Position numbers and translations under genes: made by a program
Source: Isorropodon fossajaponicum endosymbiont JTNG4
Lineage (GTDB): Bacteria > Pseudomonadota > Gammaproteobacteria > PS1 > Pseudothioglobaceae
Assembly (NCBI RefSeq): GCF_016592615.1
Contig: NZ_AP013043.1
Location: 240,001 to 272,000 of the forward strand
DNA length: 32,000 bases
Direction of reading: 5' to 3'
Notes under the pieces: generated by a model
What the model saw: only the letters and a program-made list of their open reading frames with translations
Database searches by the model: none
What the model was told of the DNA's origin: nothing
In this document: positions 9,809 to 19,390 of the stretch, piece after piece
Numbering within the stretch: the stretch's first letter is position 1
Layout: every line of letters begins with the position of its first letter

Positions 9809-9817
9809 ATTATATCA
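9809..9817 (-). promoter_or_regulatory. candidate extended -10 promoter element (TGATATAAT) for rne
   Basis: The reverse complement of 9809-9817 is TGATATAAT (TGnTATAAT), downstream of the SDR stop codon. It would give rne a ~290-nt leader. Confidence 0.35.
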
Positions 9818-9847
9818 TAAAAATAGTATGATATTTATCAAAGACCC

Positions 9848-10567
9848 TTATTGATTAAGTGTGCGACCACCATCAACATTGATAACTTGCCCAGTAATGT
9901 AGGTAGAATTAGCTAAAAATAAAACAGTATCAGCAATATCTTGTGCACTGCCTTGTTTTTTAAGTGCAATTTTTTTAAGCATGTTGTCTTTTTGGGCTTG
10001 GTCAAGTTCGGCTGTGTTTTCTGGCCACAAAATTGACCCAGGAGACACTCCGCAAACACGAACATTGGGCGCTAATTCTTTAGCCAGTGTTTTGGTCATC
10101 ATGGCAATGGCTGCCTTAGAAATGTTATAAATTGCATGATTTTTTAAAGGGCGCTCGCTGTGAATATCCACAATATTGACAATGCAACCTTGGTTTTGAG
10201 CTAATTTTTTACTTAAAGTACTGGATAAAAATAAAGGTGCCATAACATTGATATCCATAATGGAGTGGTAGTCATGTTGATTTAATTGACTGATAGGTGT
10301 TGGGTAAAACACTGATGCATTGTTAACTAAAAGATTAAGCGACTTGATGGTATCGCAAAGTTTACTCACTTCTTGGCTATTGGATAATTCAGTTTGCAAA
10401 GTACTGGCAGAATTTTGGCGAATATTGTTAAGCTTATTTGCTAAGTTTTGAGCAGCTTGAGATGAATTTCTGTAATGAATAATCACATGATAATTATTCT
10501 TATGCAAAGTATGGCAAATTTGCGCGCCAATTCTATGCGCCCCACCTGTGACTAACGCTGTTTTCAT
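9848..10567 (-). CDS. short-chain dehydrogenase/reductase, pteridine reductase / FolM-like
   Basis: 239 aa with ALVTGGAHRIGAQI (TGxxxRIG is typical of the pteridine reductase subgroup), NNAS and the YxxxK motif (YNISKAA). Confidence 0.6.
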   Translation of the reverse strand: MKTALVTGGAHRIGAQICHTLHKNNYHVIIHYRNSSQAAQNLANKLNNIRQNSASTLQTELSNSQEVSKLCDTIKSLNLLVNNASVFYPTPISQLNQHDYHSIMDINVMAPLFLSSTLSKKLAQNQGCIVNIVDIHSERPLKNHAIYNISKAAIAMMTKTLAKELAPNVRVCGVSPGSILWPENTAELDQAQKDNMLKKIALKKQGSAQDIADTVLFLANSTYITGQVINVDGGRTLNQ

Positions 10568-10581
10568 ATAAAATACGCCAA

Positions 10582-11676
10582 GTGAGTCTTGAACAAATTA
10601 TTAAAAACACTATTATACAAAATGCTGGACCTATAAGTTTCGATGAATTTATGGATTTGGCACTTTATCACCCTACATTGGGCTATTATCGATCGGGTTT
10701 GGAAAAATTTGGCGAAAAGGGCGATTTTATTACCGCGCCAGAAACTTCAGATTTGTTTGGGTTTTGCTTATCCTGTCAATGTGCACAGGTGCTAAATGGC
10801 ACTAACGATATTTTAGAGTTTGGTGCGGGTAGTGGTATTCTTGCTACTCAGATACTTTTCGAACTAGGAAGGTTAAACAGCCTACCCAAGAAGTACTATA
10901 TTTTAGAGTTAAGTGGCGAGCTTAAACACAGGCAAGCGCAAACCATTAATAAAATACTGCCAGAATTAATGGATAGAGTGGTTTGGCTTGATGAGCTGCC
11001 AGTAGATTTTTCTGGTGTGGTAATTGCTAATGAAGTGCTAGATGCCATGCCGGCAAAACGTGTTGTTTATAAAAATAACCAATTTTATGAATTGGGTGTT
11101 GATTATCGTGGACATGAATTTTTCTGGAAAATATTTGATTTTCCTTATCAAAGTGATAAAGCACTTTTGCCTAACAATGTAGCTGAAGGTTATAAAACCG
11201 AAATCAATTTTCGTGCCACGGCGTGGATTGATTCCTTATACAAGGTTACTAATGAGGTGCTAGTATTGTTGATTGATTATGGCATGGGCAGGGATGAGTA
11301 TTTTCATCCACAAAGGTTAAACGGTACTTTAAGGTGCTATTACCAACATAAGGCAAGTGAAAATCCGTTTGTAAATATAGGCGAGCAAGACATTACCACA
11401 TCGGTTAATTTTTCTGATATTGCCGATCAAGCAAGTGTGAGCGGTTTTAAAATTAGTGGCTATGCAACACAGGCGTTGTTTTTGATTTCATTGGGTATTG
11501 ATGAGTATTTACTTGAACAATTAGATGAAGATAAACGCATCAATTTGGCACAACAAGTTAAACAATTGGTTTTACCCAGTGCAATGGGCGAGAGTTTTAA
11601 GGTGCTGGCTTTAAGTAAAAAATTATCGGTAAAATTAACAGGATTTGCTGAACAAGACTTAAGCGGTAAATTGTAA
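10582..11676 (+). CDS. class I SAM-dependent methyltransferase, MidA/NDUFAF7 (DUF185) family
   Basis: ISFDEFMDLALYHPTLGYY, GDFITAPETSDLFG and EFGAGSG motifs are present. The start is a GTG, as given by the ORF track. Confidence 0.75.
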   Translation: MSLEQIIKNTIIQNAGPISFDEFMDLALYHPTLGYYRSGLEKFGEKGDFITAPETSDLFGFCLSCQCAQVLNGTNDILEFGAGSGILATQILFELGRLNSLPKKYYILELSGELKHRQAQTINKILPELMDRVVWLDELPVDFSGVVIANEVLDAMPAKRVVYKNNQFYELGVDYRGHEFFWKIFDFPYQSDKALLPNNVAEGYKTEINFRATAWIDSLYKVTNEVLVLLIDYGMGRDEYFHPQRLNGTLRCYYQHKASENPFVNIGEQDITTSVNFSDIADQASVSGFKISGYATQALFLISLGIDEYLLEQLDEDKRINLAQQVKQLVLPSAMGESFKVLALSKKLSVKLTGFAEQDLSGKL

Positions 11677-11692
11677 GAGGCTTTTATAAAAC

Positions 11693-12493
11693 ATGGATAT
11701 TCTTCAAACAATCGTTTTGGCATTAGTTCAAGGTTTAAGTGAATTTTTACCCATTTCCTCTTCAGCACATTTAATTTTAATACCAAAATTAACCAATTGG
11801 ACTGATCAGGGTTTGGCGTTTGATGTGGTGGTGCATATGGGCACTTTAAGTGCGGTGATATTTTATTATCAAGCAATGATTAAGCGTTTGTCTTTTGATT
11901 TTTATCACTCAATAATTAAACGCCAAAGTATTGGCCAATCAAAGTTAGCATGGGGCATATTATTAGGCACTATTCCAGTAGGGCTGGCTGGTGTGATATT
12001 TAAAGATTCTATTGCAACTGATTTTCGTTCAGTAGAGATTATTGCTTATGCAACACTAGTATTTGGCATTCTTTTAGGCTTTGCTAGTTGGTTTAATCAT
12101 AGGAATAAAAATCTAAAAAGTACAATTAGTTGGGTAGATATTGGCTTTGTCGGCATGATGCAAACCTTAGCATTAATTCCAGGAACTTCTAGGTCAGGAA
12201 TAACAATCACGGCTTGTATGCTGGTGGGGCTGTCTAGGAAATTGTCAATACAATTTGCATTTTTATTATCCATTCCTGTCATTAGCCTGTCATTAATACT
12301 TATATTGATTGATTTGTACCATCAAGCGCAATTGGTGAATGTTAGTTTATTAGCCATGGGCTTTGTGGTTTCAGCAATTAGTGCTTATGTAACCATTGTT
12401 TTTTTTATCAAGTTAATAGACACAGTCGGCATGATGCCATTTGTTATCTATAGATTAACTTTAGGCATATTTTTATTTTTATTCATCTTATGA
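11693..12493 (+). CDS. uppP: undecaprenyl-diphosphate phosphatase
   Basis: 266 aa polytopic protein with GLSEFLPISSSAHL and PGTSRSGITI motifs. Confidence 0.9.
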   Translation: MDILQTIVLALVQGLSEFLPISSSAHLILIPKLTNWTDQGLAFDVVVHMGTLSAVIFYYQAMIKRLSFDFYHSIIKRQSIGQSKLAWGILLGTIPVGLAGVIFKDSIATDFRSVEIIAYATLVFGILLGFASWFNHRNKNLKSTISWVDIGFVGMMQTLALIPGTSRSGITITACMLVGLSRKLSIQFAFLLSIPVISLSLILILIDLYHQAQLVNVSLLAMGFVVSAISAYVTIVFFIKLIDTVGMMPFVIYRLTLGIFLFLFIL

Positions 12494-13191
12494 AAACATA
12501 CCAATTCCAATCTAAACCTTTTTTATCCTTAACTTTGTCTCCTTGTTGTTGTTATTTAGTTGAGGCAATGCTACCACTCGAGAATATTGGGATTATTTAG
12601 ATTATCAGGCGTTTGTTGCACTTAATCAATCACTTGTAGAATTTCACTCAATATGGCGTGGCTTTTGGGCAATACTCAGTGTTCGGGTTGCTGACCTTAT
12701 TCCGCTATTTTTAATTGGCTTGTTTTTTACTCTGATGATGTTTTATTTAAAAATAAACACAAAATAATGGGACTGATTGGCTTTGTTACTTTACTAATTT
12801 TGATGCTATTGATGCGTGAGATGATGAATCTATATGTGGAGTATGCAAATTTAGGTAGAAAAAGTCCTACACTGGTTGTAGAATCGGCATTTCGTTTGTC
12901 TTCAATTATCCTAGTTTAGGCTTAAAAGACATGTCTGCACATAGCTTTCCAGGAGACTATGCTGCGGTTTTGTTTACTTGGCTTGGGTATTGCTTATTTT
13001 TTGCTCGCAACCGATGGCGTTGGCTCGTTTTTATTATTGTTCTGGTTTTTTCCATGCCAAGACTGATGGCCGGCACTCATTGGTTTAGTGACGTTATGGT
13101 TGGTGGTATTAGTATTGCCACAATGACTTTAGCGTTTGGGTTATATACGCCGCTACTTAATTATATTAATAAAACACAATGTAGCCTCTAA
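12490..13191 (+). pseudogene. PAP2-family (PgpB/YbjG-like) phosphatase, fragmented
   Basis: - The ATG overlaps the uppP stop.
- The reading frame is broken at least three times: stops at 12598, about 12765 and about 12918, with continuity in other frames (EYWDYLDYQAFVALNQSL..., IMGLIGFVTLL...).
- The last piece carries PAP2 motifs, but C2 reads SFPGDYAA instead of SFPSGH, so the catalytic His is lost.
- C3 (PRLMAGTHWFSDV) is retained. Confidence 0.6.
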
Positions 13192-13203
13192 ATCTTTAAC
13201 AAA

Positions 13204-15741
13204 ATGAACAAACCACAACCTATTTATCGTAAAGACTATACACCTAGTGAGTATTTAATTCGCACCACAGAGCTTGAGTTTGATTTAACTGAAACACAAA
13301 CCATCGTGACTTCTAAGATTAGTTTTTATAAAAATCCGAAGTCTAGTAAAAAAACTAATAGCTTGTTTTTAGATGGTATCGATCTTGAATTGATTTCTAT
13401 TTTGGTTGATAAGGCTAAGCCTGATTATAAGCTGGTTGAACAAGGGCTTGAGATTAATAACCTTGCTGATGAGTTTATTTTGCAGATTAAAAACCGCATT
13501 TTTCCAGAAAAAAACACCAGTCTCAATGGTCTATATCAATCTAGTAGCAATTTTTGTACGCAGTGTGAGGCGCATGGCTTTAGGCAAATTACTTATTATT
13601 TAGATAGACCTGATGTGTTAAGTGTGTTTACTACGCACATCAAAGCTGATCAACAAAAATATCCAGTACTGCTCAGTAATGGTAATTTAATCGAGCAAAT
13701 AAATGGCAGTGCAACTTGGCATGACCCTACGCCAAAGCCTTGTTATTTATTTGCTTTAGTAGCAGGTGATTTTGCACTCAAAGAGGATACTTACACCACA
13801 TTATCAGGCAATGAAGTGGCATTAAGGATTTATGTTCAAGCGCACAATATTCATAAAACCCAATTTGCTATGGCGGCACTAAAACGTTCATTTGCCTGGG
13901 AAGAGAAACGCTTTAGACTTGAATACGATTTAGACATTTATATGATTGTAGCCGTTGATGATTTCAACATGGGTGCGATGGAAAACAAGGGACTAAATAT
14001 TTTTAATGCCACCTACGTATTAGCCAGTCCAAACACAGCAACGGATAAAGATTTTATTGATATCGAGGCAGTGATTGGTCATGAGTATTTTCATAATTGG
14101 ACAGGTAATAGAGTCACTTGCAGAGATTGGTTTCAGCTTAGTTTGAAAGAAGGCTTAACGGTTTTTAGAGATCAAGAATTTACCTCAGATTTACACGCAC
14201 GTTCCATCAAACGCATTGAGGATGTGAACGCTCTGCGCACCTTGCAATTTGCAGAAGACATGGGTCCAATGCAGCATCCAGTCAGACCAGAGCATTATAT
14301 CGAGATGAATAATTTTTACACCCTTACTGTTTATGAAAAAGGCGCAGAAATTATTCGCATGGTGCATGCATTTCTAGGCGAGACAGGGTTTCAAAAAGGC
14401 ATGCAATTATATTTTCAAAGGTTTGATGGCGATGCCGTCACTATTGATGATTTTATTCAAAGTATGAGTGATGCTAATAATTTTGATTTTAGTCAATTTA
14501 TGCATTGGTATTCACAATCTGGCACGCCTAAAGTTAGCATTACTTCTGAGTATAATCAAAATGACAAGACATTTAACGTGTCCATTAGCCAGCATTCGCA
14601 ATGTGACTATTTTTTCCCACTTAAATTTGCACTGCTTGATGATACTGGCACTGAACTTGAAAGTGGCGTATTAACAGTCAAAGACAAGGAACAAGTATTT
14701 ACCTTTAACAATATAGGTGCAGAGCCAACACCCTCATGGTTGCGAGGTTTTAGTGCGCCCATTAAATTGACATCTGATTTAACTTTCAAACAAAAAATAT
14801 TTTTAGTTGGGCATGATTCTGATGCTTTTAATCAGTGGGATAATGCCCAGCAATTATGGTTGTCTTTAATCCTAGCACCCTCAAGCATTGACCAAGATTT
14901 GTTTTTAGATGCCATTGAAAAAATTCTAAAAGGCACTTTTCTAGAGGGTAATCGTGTATCGCTTGCAGAAGATAAATCCTTAGTATGTGAAATTTTAACC
15001 TTGCCCTCTGAGCAGTTTTTACATCAGCAACAAGAGATTATTGATGTATTTGAAATTCATGACAAGCGTGAACAAGTCATTAATGAGATTATTCGGCGGT
15101 TTAAGCCGTTGTTTAGCAAAATTTATGCAAATCTTAACACCTATCAAGCTTATGAGTTAACGCCTGAAGCTGTGGGAAATCGAGCATTAAAAAATATTTG
15201 CTTATATTATCTAGCAATCAGTGGTGAATTTGAGTTAGCCTTTGAGCAATTTAAATCAGCCAATTGTATGAGCGATAAAATGGCGAGTTTAAAGGCGTTA
15301 ATGGTTAATGATAATTCGTATAAAAATATCGCACTTGATGAGTTTTATCATGAATTTAAAAATGATACACAAGTTATGGATAAATATTTCTCCATTCAAT
15401 CGTCTGCGCCAACAGCCGATGTTGATAATATTAAAACCCTCATGCAACACAAACTATTTTCATTTAACACACCAAACCGTTTGCGCAGTGTGATAGGTGG
15501 TTTTTTACAAAACCATGCTAATTTTCACAACCAACAAGGCTATGAGCTTTTAACTGACATTATCATTAAGCTTAATCAATCAAATCCACAAATAGGCGCA
15601 AAATTCACCTCAGTTTATAATCATTGGCAACGATTTAGTCCAGAATTAAAAGCCTTACAAAAACAACAATTAGAGAAAATCTTAGCCATTGACGATTTAT
15701 CCAATGATATTTTTGAAATTATCCAAGCAGCATTAAAGTGA
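13204..15741 (+). CDS. pepN: aminopeptidase N
   Basis: 845 aa with GAMENKGLNIF and the zinc motif HEYFHNWTGNRVTCRDWFQLSLKEG. Confidence 0.92.
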   Translation: MNKPQPIYRKDYTPSEYLIRTTELEFDLTETQTIVTSKISFYKNPKSSKKTNSLFLDGIDLELISILVDKAKPDYKLVEQGLEINNLADEFILQIKNRIFPEKNTSLNGLYQSSSNFCTQCEAHGFRQITYYLDRPDVLSVFTTHIKADQQKYPVLLSNGNLIEQINGSATWHDPTPKPCYLFALVAGDFALKEDTYTTLSGNEVALRIYVQAHNIHKTQFAMAALKRSFAWEEKRFRLEYDLDIYMIVAVDDFNMGAMENKGLNIFNATYVLASPNTATDKDFIDIEAVIGHEYFHNWTGNRVTCRDWFQLSLKEGLTVFRDQEFTSDLHARSIKRIEDVNALRTLQFAEDMGPMQHPVRPEHYIEMNNFYTLTVYEKGAEIIRMVHAFLGETGFQKGMQLYFQRFDGDAVTIDDFIQSMSDANNFDFSQFMHWYSQSGTPKVSITSEYNQNDKTFNVSISQHSQCDYFFPLKFALLDDTGTELESGVLTVKDKEQVFTFNNIGAEPTPSWLRGFSAPIKLTSDLTFKQKIFLVGHDSDAFNQWDNAQQLWLSLILAPSSIDQDLFLDAIEKILKGTFLEGNRVSLAEDKSLVCEILTLPSEQFLHQQQEIIDVFEIHDKREQVINEIIRRFKPLFSKIYANLNTYQAYELTPEAVGNRALKNICLYYLAISGEFELAFEQFKSANCMSDKMASLKALMVNDNSYKNIALDEFYHEFKNDTQVMDKYFSIQSSAPTADVDNIKTLMQHKLFSFNTPNRLRSVIGGFLQNHANFHNQQGYELLTDIIIKLNQSNPQIGAKFTSVYNHWQRFSPELKALQKQQLEKILAIDDLSNDIFEIIQAALK

Positions 15742-16205
15742 ACACATTAATCACCTTATTAAAACAAAAGTCACTTACCATTGCCGTGGCTGAATCTTGC
15801 ACAGGTGGCAATTTATCCGCATTACTCACCAGTCAAAGTGGCTCATCAGCCTATTTTGACAGAGGGTTTATCACCTACGCCAATCAAGCCAAAATCGACA
15901 TGCTAGGTGTTAAGCCCACAACTCTAGACAAATTTGGTGCAGTTAGCGAGCAAGTTGCATTAGAAATGGCGCATGGCGTAATTAAAAACTCATCCGCCAA
16001 TATTAGCATAGCTATCATTAGTATTGCTGGCCCTACTACTGGCGGCACAAAAAATAAGCCTGTGAGTATGGTTTGTTTCGGTTTTTGTTTTCATAAAAAA
16101 TGCACAACCACCACACAATACTTTGATGGTAATAGGCATGAGGTGGTTAAGCAGAGTGTTGCGTTTGTAGTTAGTGCTTTAGAAAAAACAACTGTCAAAC
16201 AATAA
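15738..16205 (+). CDS. pncC: CinA C-terminal domain protein / nicotinamide-nucleotide amidohydrolase
   Basis: 155 aa with LTIAVAESCTGGNLSALLTSQSGSSAYFDRGFITYAN. There is a 4-nt overlap with pepN. Confidence 0.8.
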   Translation: MNTLITLLKQKSLTIAVAESCTGGNLSALLTSQSGSSAYFDRGFITYANQAKIDMLGVKPTTLDKFGAVSEQVALEMAHGVIKNSSANISIAIISIAGPTTGGTKNKPVSMVCFGFCFHKKCTTTTQYFDGNRHEVVKQSVAFVVSALEKTTVKQ

Positions 16206-16245
16206 ATTATAATATTGTTTTTAAATAAACAACAGGACAACCAAA

Positions 16246-16467
16246 ATGCACGCAATATCAGATCTAAAAAAACAACAAGTTGGATTTAGAATGCCTACTT
16301 ATTTATTGAATGAGGTTGATGAGGTTGTTAGTAAATATGAAATTAACCGTTCTGAGTTTCTAAACGAAGCCGCCAAAGACTACCTACAAGCAATTAAAAA
16401 ACAAGAGGTTTATAGCCGTCTTGGCGAGGCATCTGTAATACCCCAAAAAACCACCATTCTAAAGTAG
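16246..16467 (+). CDS. ribbon-helix-helix (CopG/antitoxin-like) protein, C-terminus replaced by IS sequence from 16434
   Basis: VGFRMPTYLLNEVDEVVSKYEINRSEFLNEAAKDYL fits the RHH beta-strand, helix, helix pattern. The last 11 codons (VIPQKTTILK*) are read from the left end of the IS. Confidence 0.5.
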   Translation: MHAISDLKKQQVGFRMPTYLLNEVDEVVSKYEINRSEFLNEAAKDYLQAIKKQEVYSRLGEASVIPQKTTILK

Positions 16468-16500
16468 AAAATTCTATAATAAAAAATAAGGAGTTTTCAC

Positions 16501-16770
16501 ATGAAAAAATCAAGATATACAGAGTCATAAATAGTCAACATACTCAAACAAAACCAATCAGGCATATCTGTGGCTGATCTATGCCGTGAATACGCAATGT
16601 CTCAAGCCACATTTTACAAATGGAGATCTAAATACGGTGATACAGATTTTGTCTCTATGGTTAAACGCTTAAAAGAGCTAGAATCAGAAAATGCTCAATT
16701 CAAGCGTATGTATGCTGAGAGTGAGTTGAAACTGCAAATTACAAAGGATGCCTTAGCAAAAAAGTTCTAA
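16501..16770 (+). pseudogene. IS407-like transposase OrfA with an in-frame TAA
   Basis: The ORF reads MKKSRYTES*IVNILKQNQSGISVADLCREYAMSQATFYKWRSKYG... The TAA at 16528-16530 sits where family members have Glu/Gln (TEEQIV). The track ORF restarts at 16570. Confidence 0.75.
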
Positions 16771-16785
16771 AGCCATCCCAGTGGC

Positions 16786-17571
16786 GTGAGGATGGCTTTA
16801 AACATCAATGAACAAAATAAGAACACAAGTATCAAACTTATTTACGAAGTTTGTAGCATTAGTAAAAGCACTTATTATTATCAACCAAAACTCAGTGATG
16901 ACAATGCTTTAATTGCCGATTGTCTACTGCGCTTAACCGCAACGCACAAGCGTTGGGGTTTTAAACTGTGCTATTTATATCTACGTAATGTTAAAGACTA
17001 CAAATTTAACCATAAACGAGTGTATCGCATTTACCAAGAACTGGAGCTCAATCTAAGAATCAAGCCAAGAAGAAGAATCAAAAGAGATAAACCCGAAGCA
17101 CTGAGTGTGCCAACAACTATTAACCAAACTTGGTCAATGGATTTTATGTCAGACTCACTCACTGATGGCAGGCACATTAGAACTTTTAATGTTGTCGATG
17201 ATTACAATCGGGAAGGCTTGAATATTGATGTGGACTTGTCCATGCCAGCAAGACGAGTTATTCAATCATTAGAACGTTTGATTCAGTGGCGTGGCAAGCC
17301 CAAGGCTATCAGATGTGATAATGGTCCTGAATACATTAGCCAAGCATTAAGAGACTGGGTACAAGCCTTAGGTATTGAGTTAATGTACATCCAACCAGGT
17401 AAGCCAACTCAAAATGCCTACATTGAGAGATTTAACCGTACAGTAAGACAAGAGTGTTTAGATCTGCATTTGTTTGATTCTGTTGAGCAAGCACAAGATG
17501 CAACCACACAGTGGTTATGGGTTTATAATAACGAACGACCGCACTTTGCCCTAGGTGGCGTGATAAGATGA
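16786..17571 (+). pseudogene. IS407-like transposase OrfB (DDE), no longer reachable by the -1 frameshift
   Basis: - DDE motifs present: WSMDFMSD, IRCDNGPEY, NAYIERFNRTVRQE.
- The -1 frame after the heptamer reads KKVLKPSQWREDGFKHQ* and stops.
- The DDE ORF lies in the same frame as orfA, implying a 1-bp indel near 16790. Confidence 0.7.
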
Positions 17572-18026
17572 CTAGCCTCTACTTTAGAGTTGTATGGAAA
17601 ATTGGGGTATTACATATTAACAACACTCATAAAAAAACTACTACACAATTCATTCTTACTGAAATGTAGCATATCTATGATTTTTCTAAACTGGATAGTG
17701 TGATTTCTATAATTAGGTACGGTGAAAATATTAGAACTAAATTAAAAGATGATGGTAGCGAGTCTAAGCCAATACTAGTAAACTAATAATTCCCATCACA
17801 ACGCCAACAGTTAGTCTAGTCAGTAACCATGGTTATCACAAGGATCATTCTGAACCAAAGAAGCGAAAATGAAAACAATTAGGTCTTATCATTACAGTAA
17901 TTATAAAACCAACTCAATTGATGAAGGATTGACAAACGAGAAGCTGTCCATAATCACTTTCTGCAAAGCGTTTTAAGGCAAAATGAATGACTTAAGCTTT
18001 AATACAAAGATAAGCTGTTGTTAAAT

Positions 18027-19390
18027 ATGCATAACAATACAAAGCTCGCGTTCTTTGGTCTTTTCTATATTGATTATTGCCACGCTGTCTGCTCCTTGGT
18101 TCGACACAAGTTTTTATAATTATTTTTTTATTAAAACGTACGTTATTTCATTTGCTGTATTTGTTGTAATTTTGTGGCTAATCTATCGTGACTCCAATCA
18201 GGTCTTTGAATTTGGCTTGGTTTCTATATCGCTTTTAGCATTATTTTTACTAGGCATTATCAGCTTGGCTTATGGCGTTAATTTGGATTTTAGCATTTCC
18301 AAATTATTATTATGGCTGATTGTATTTTTTGCTTTTATGTTGGTAAGAACAATTAACAGCCAACCAAAAATCCTTAATTTTACCGCCTTATCATTAGTGT
18401 CTTCTTCTGTGCTCATTGCCTTAATAGGCGTATCGCAACATTTATTTTCCTATCCCATGTTGCAAGGCTCAATTAATCCCGCAGCAACATTTGGCAATAA
18501 AAACTTATGCTAGCCTTACAGCGTTGTTGTTTCTACTGATTATGATTAATTTTTCACCCAGTGGCTTTGAACCATTTTGGCACGATATTAATCAAGCAAC
18601 AATCACCGCATTGAGTGATTACAGCAACGTTAATTATTCACGTTTTAATATTTGGGCGATTGCACTTGATATGTTTAATAGCTCGCCTTTGTTTGGCACA
18701 GGGTTGGGTAGTTTTATGCATAACGAAATGGTGGGCGGATTCCATACTATAAGCGCAATAGATTATCAGCAGGTGCATAATGATTTATTAGAGCTGTTGG
18801 TTGAGTTAGGGCTATTTGGCGTTGTGTTTTTTTTGGTTGTGTTTTTTTTAATTCAAGCGGTCATTAGACGCGCTAAAAATCAACACAAAAACGCCTTATT
18901 TTACATATTATCATTGATTGGTATTTTGGCTTCGTTTGTTAATATGCAATTTAGCTCTCCTTATCAAAATGCTTATCCACTGTTACTATTTGGTTTACTG
19001 CCTGGGCTTATTAGTCAATCTTCTCCTGTGGTATTAAGTATACAAATAAGCAGCACAATATTTCAGTTTAAGGGCTCTATCGTTGTTGTTACAGCCCTAG
19101 AAAGTAGCATTTACATTCAATGGATTGGCGTTTATAGTCATATTAACAAGTTTGTTGACACCAAAAAAATTAGATATTTAAACACAGCTAATAGCATTGT
19201 TTATCATCAAGATTTACAAACCATGCTAAAAAATCTAGCCTATAGTTATGATAAAAGAGGTGCGCCTATTTTAAATATATTGGTTGAGAATAAAATTTTA
19301 ACCTACTGGGAGGATAATTTTTTATCCCTCATTAGAAAAGTTTGCAACTTATATAGAGTTGGTCGGTATAAATTAGTACTAAAACACTGA
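18027..19390 (+). pseudogene. O-antigen ligase (Wzy_C/WaaL-like) family membrane protein with a degraded C-terminal TPR-like tail
   Basis: - The RFNIWAIALDMFNSSPLFGTGLGSF...VHNDLLELLVELGLFGVVFF signature is present.
- The coding sequence is split over three frames: ATG at 18027, 18055-18513 and 18491-19390.
- The middle of the Wzy_C core appears to be missing.
- TPR-like remnants continue out of frame to about 19740. Confidence 0.6.

Larger units (their letters stand above)
16434..17614 (+). mobile_element. IS3-family, IS407-group-like insertion sequence, full length but degenerate
   Basis: - The imperfect terminal inverted repeats are TGTAATACCCCAA...TCTAAAGTAGA (left, from 16434) and its complement ending at 17614.
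- The structure is orfA/orfB with an A_AAA_AAG heptamer at 16758-16764.
- The ends are good to about 5 bp, and I see no clear target-site duplication. Confidence 0.8.

Noticed and set aside
17615-18026. The region after the IS407-like element searched in six frames for a toxin gene or an ncRNA.
   Set aside because: It yields only short, stop-riddled frames with no motif I recognise, so I treat it as degraded DNA.
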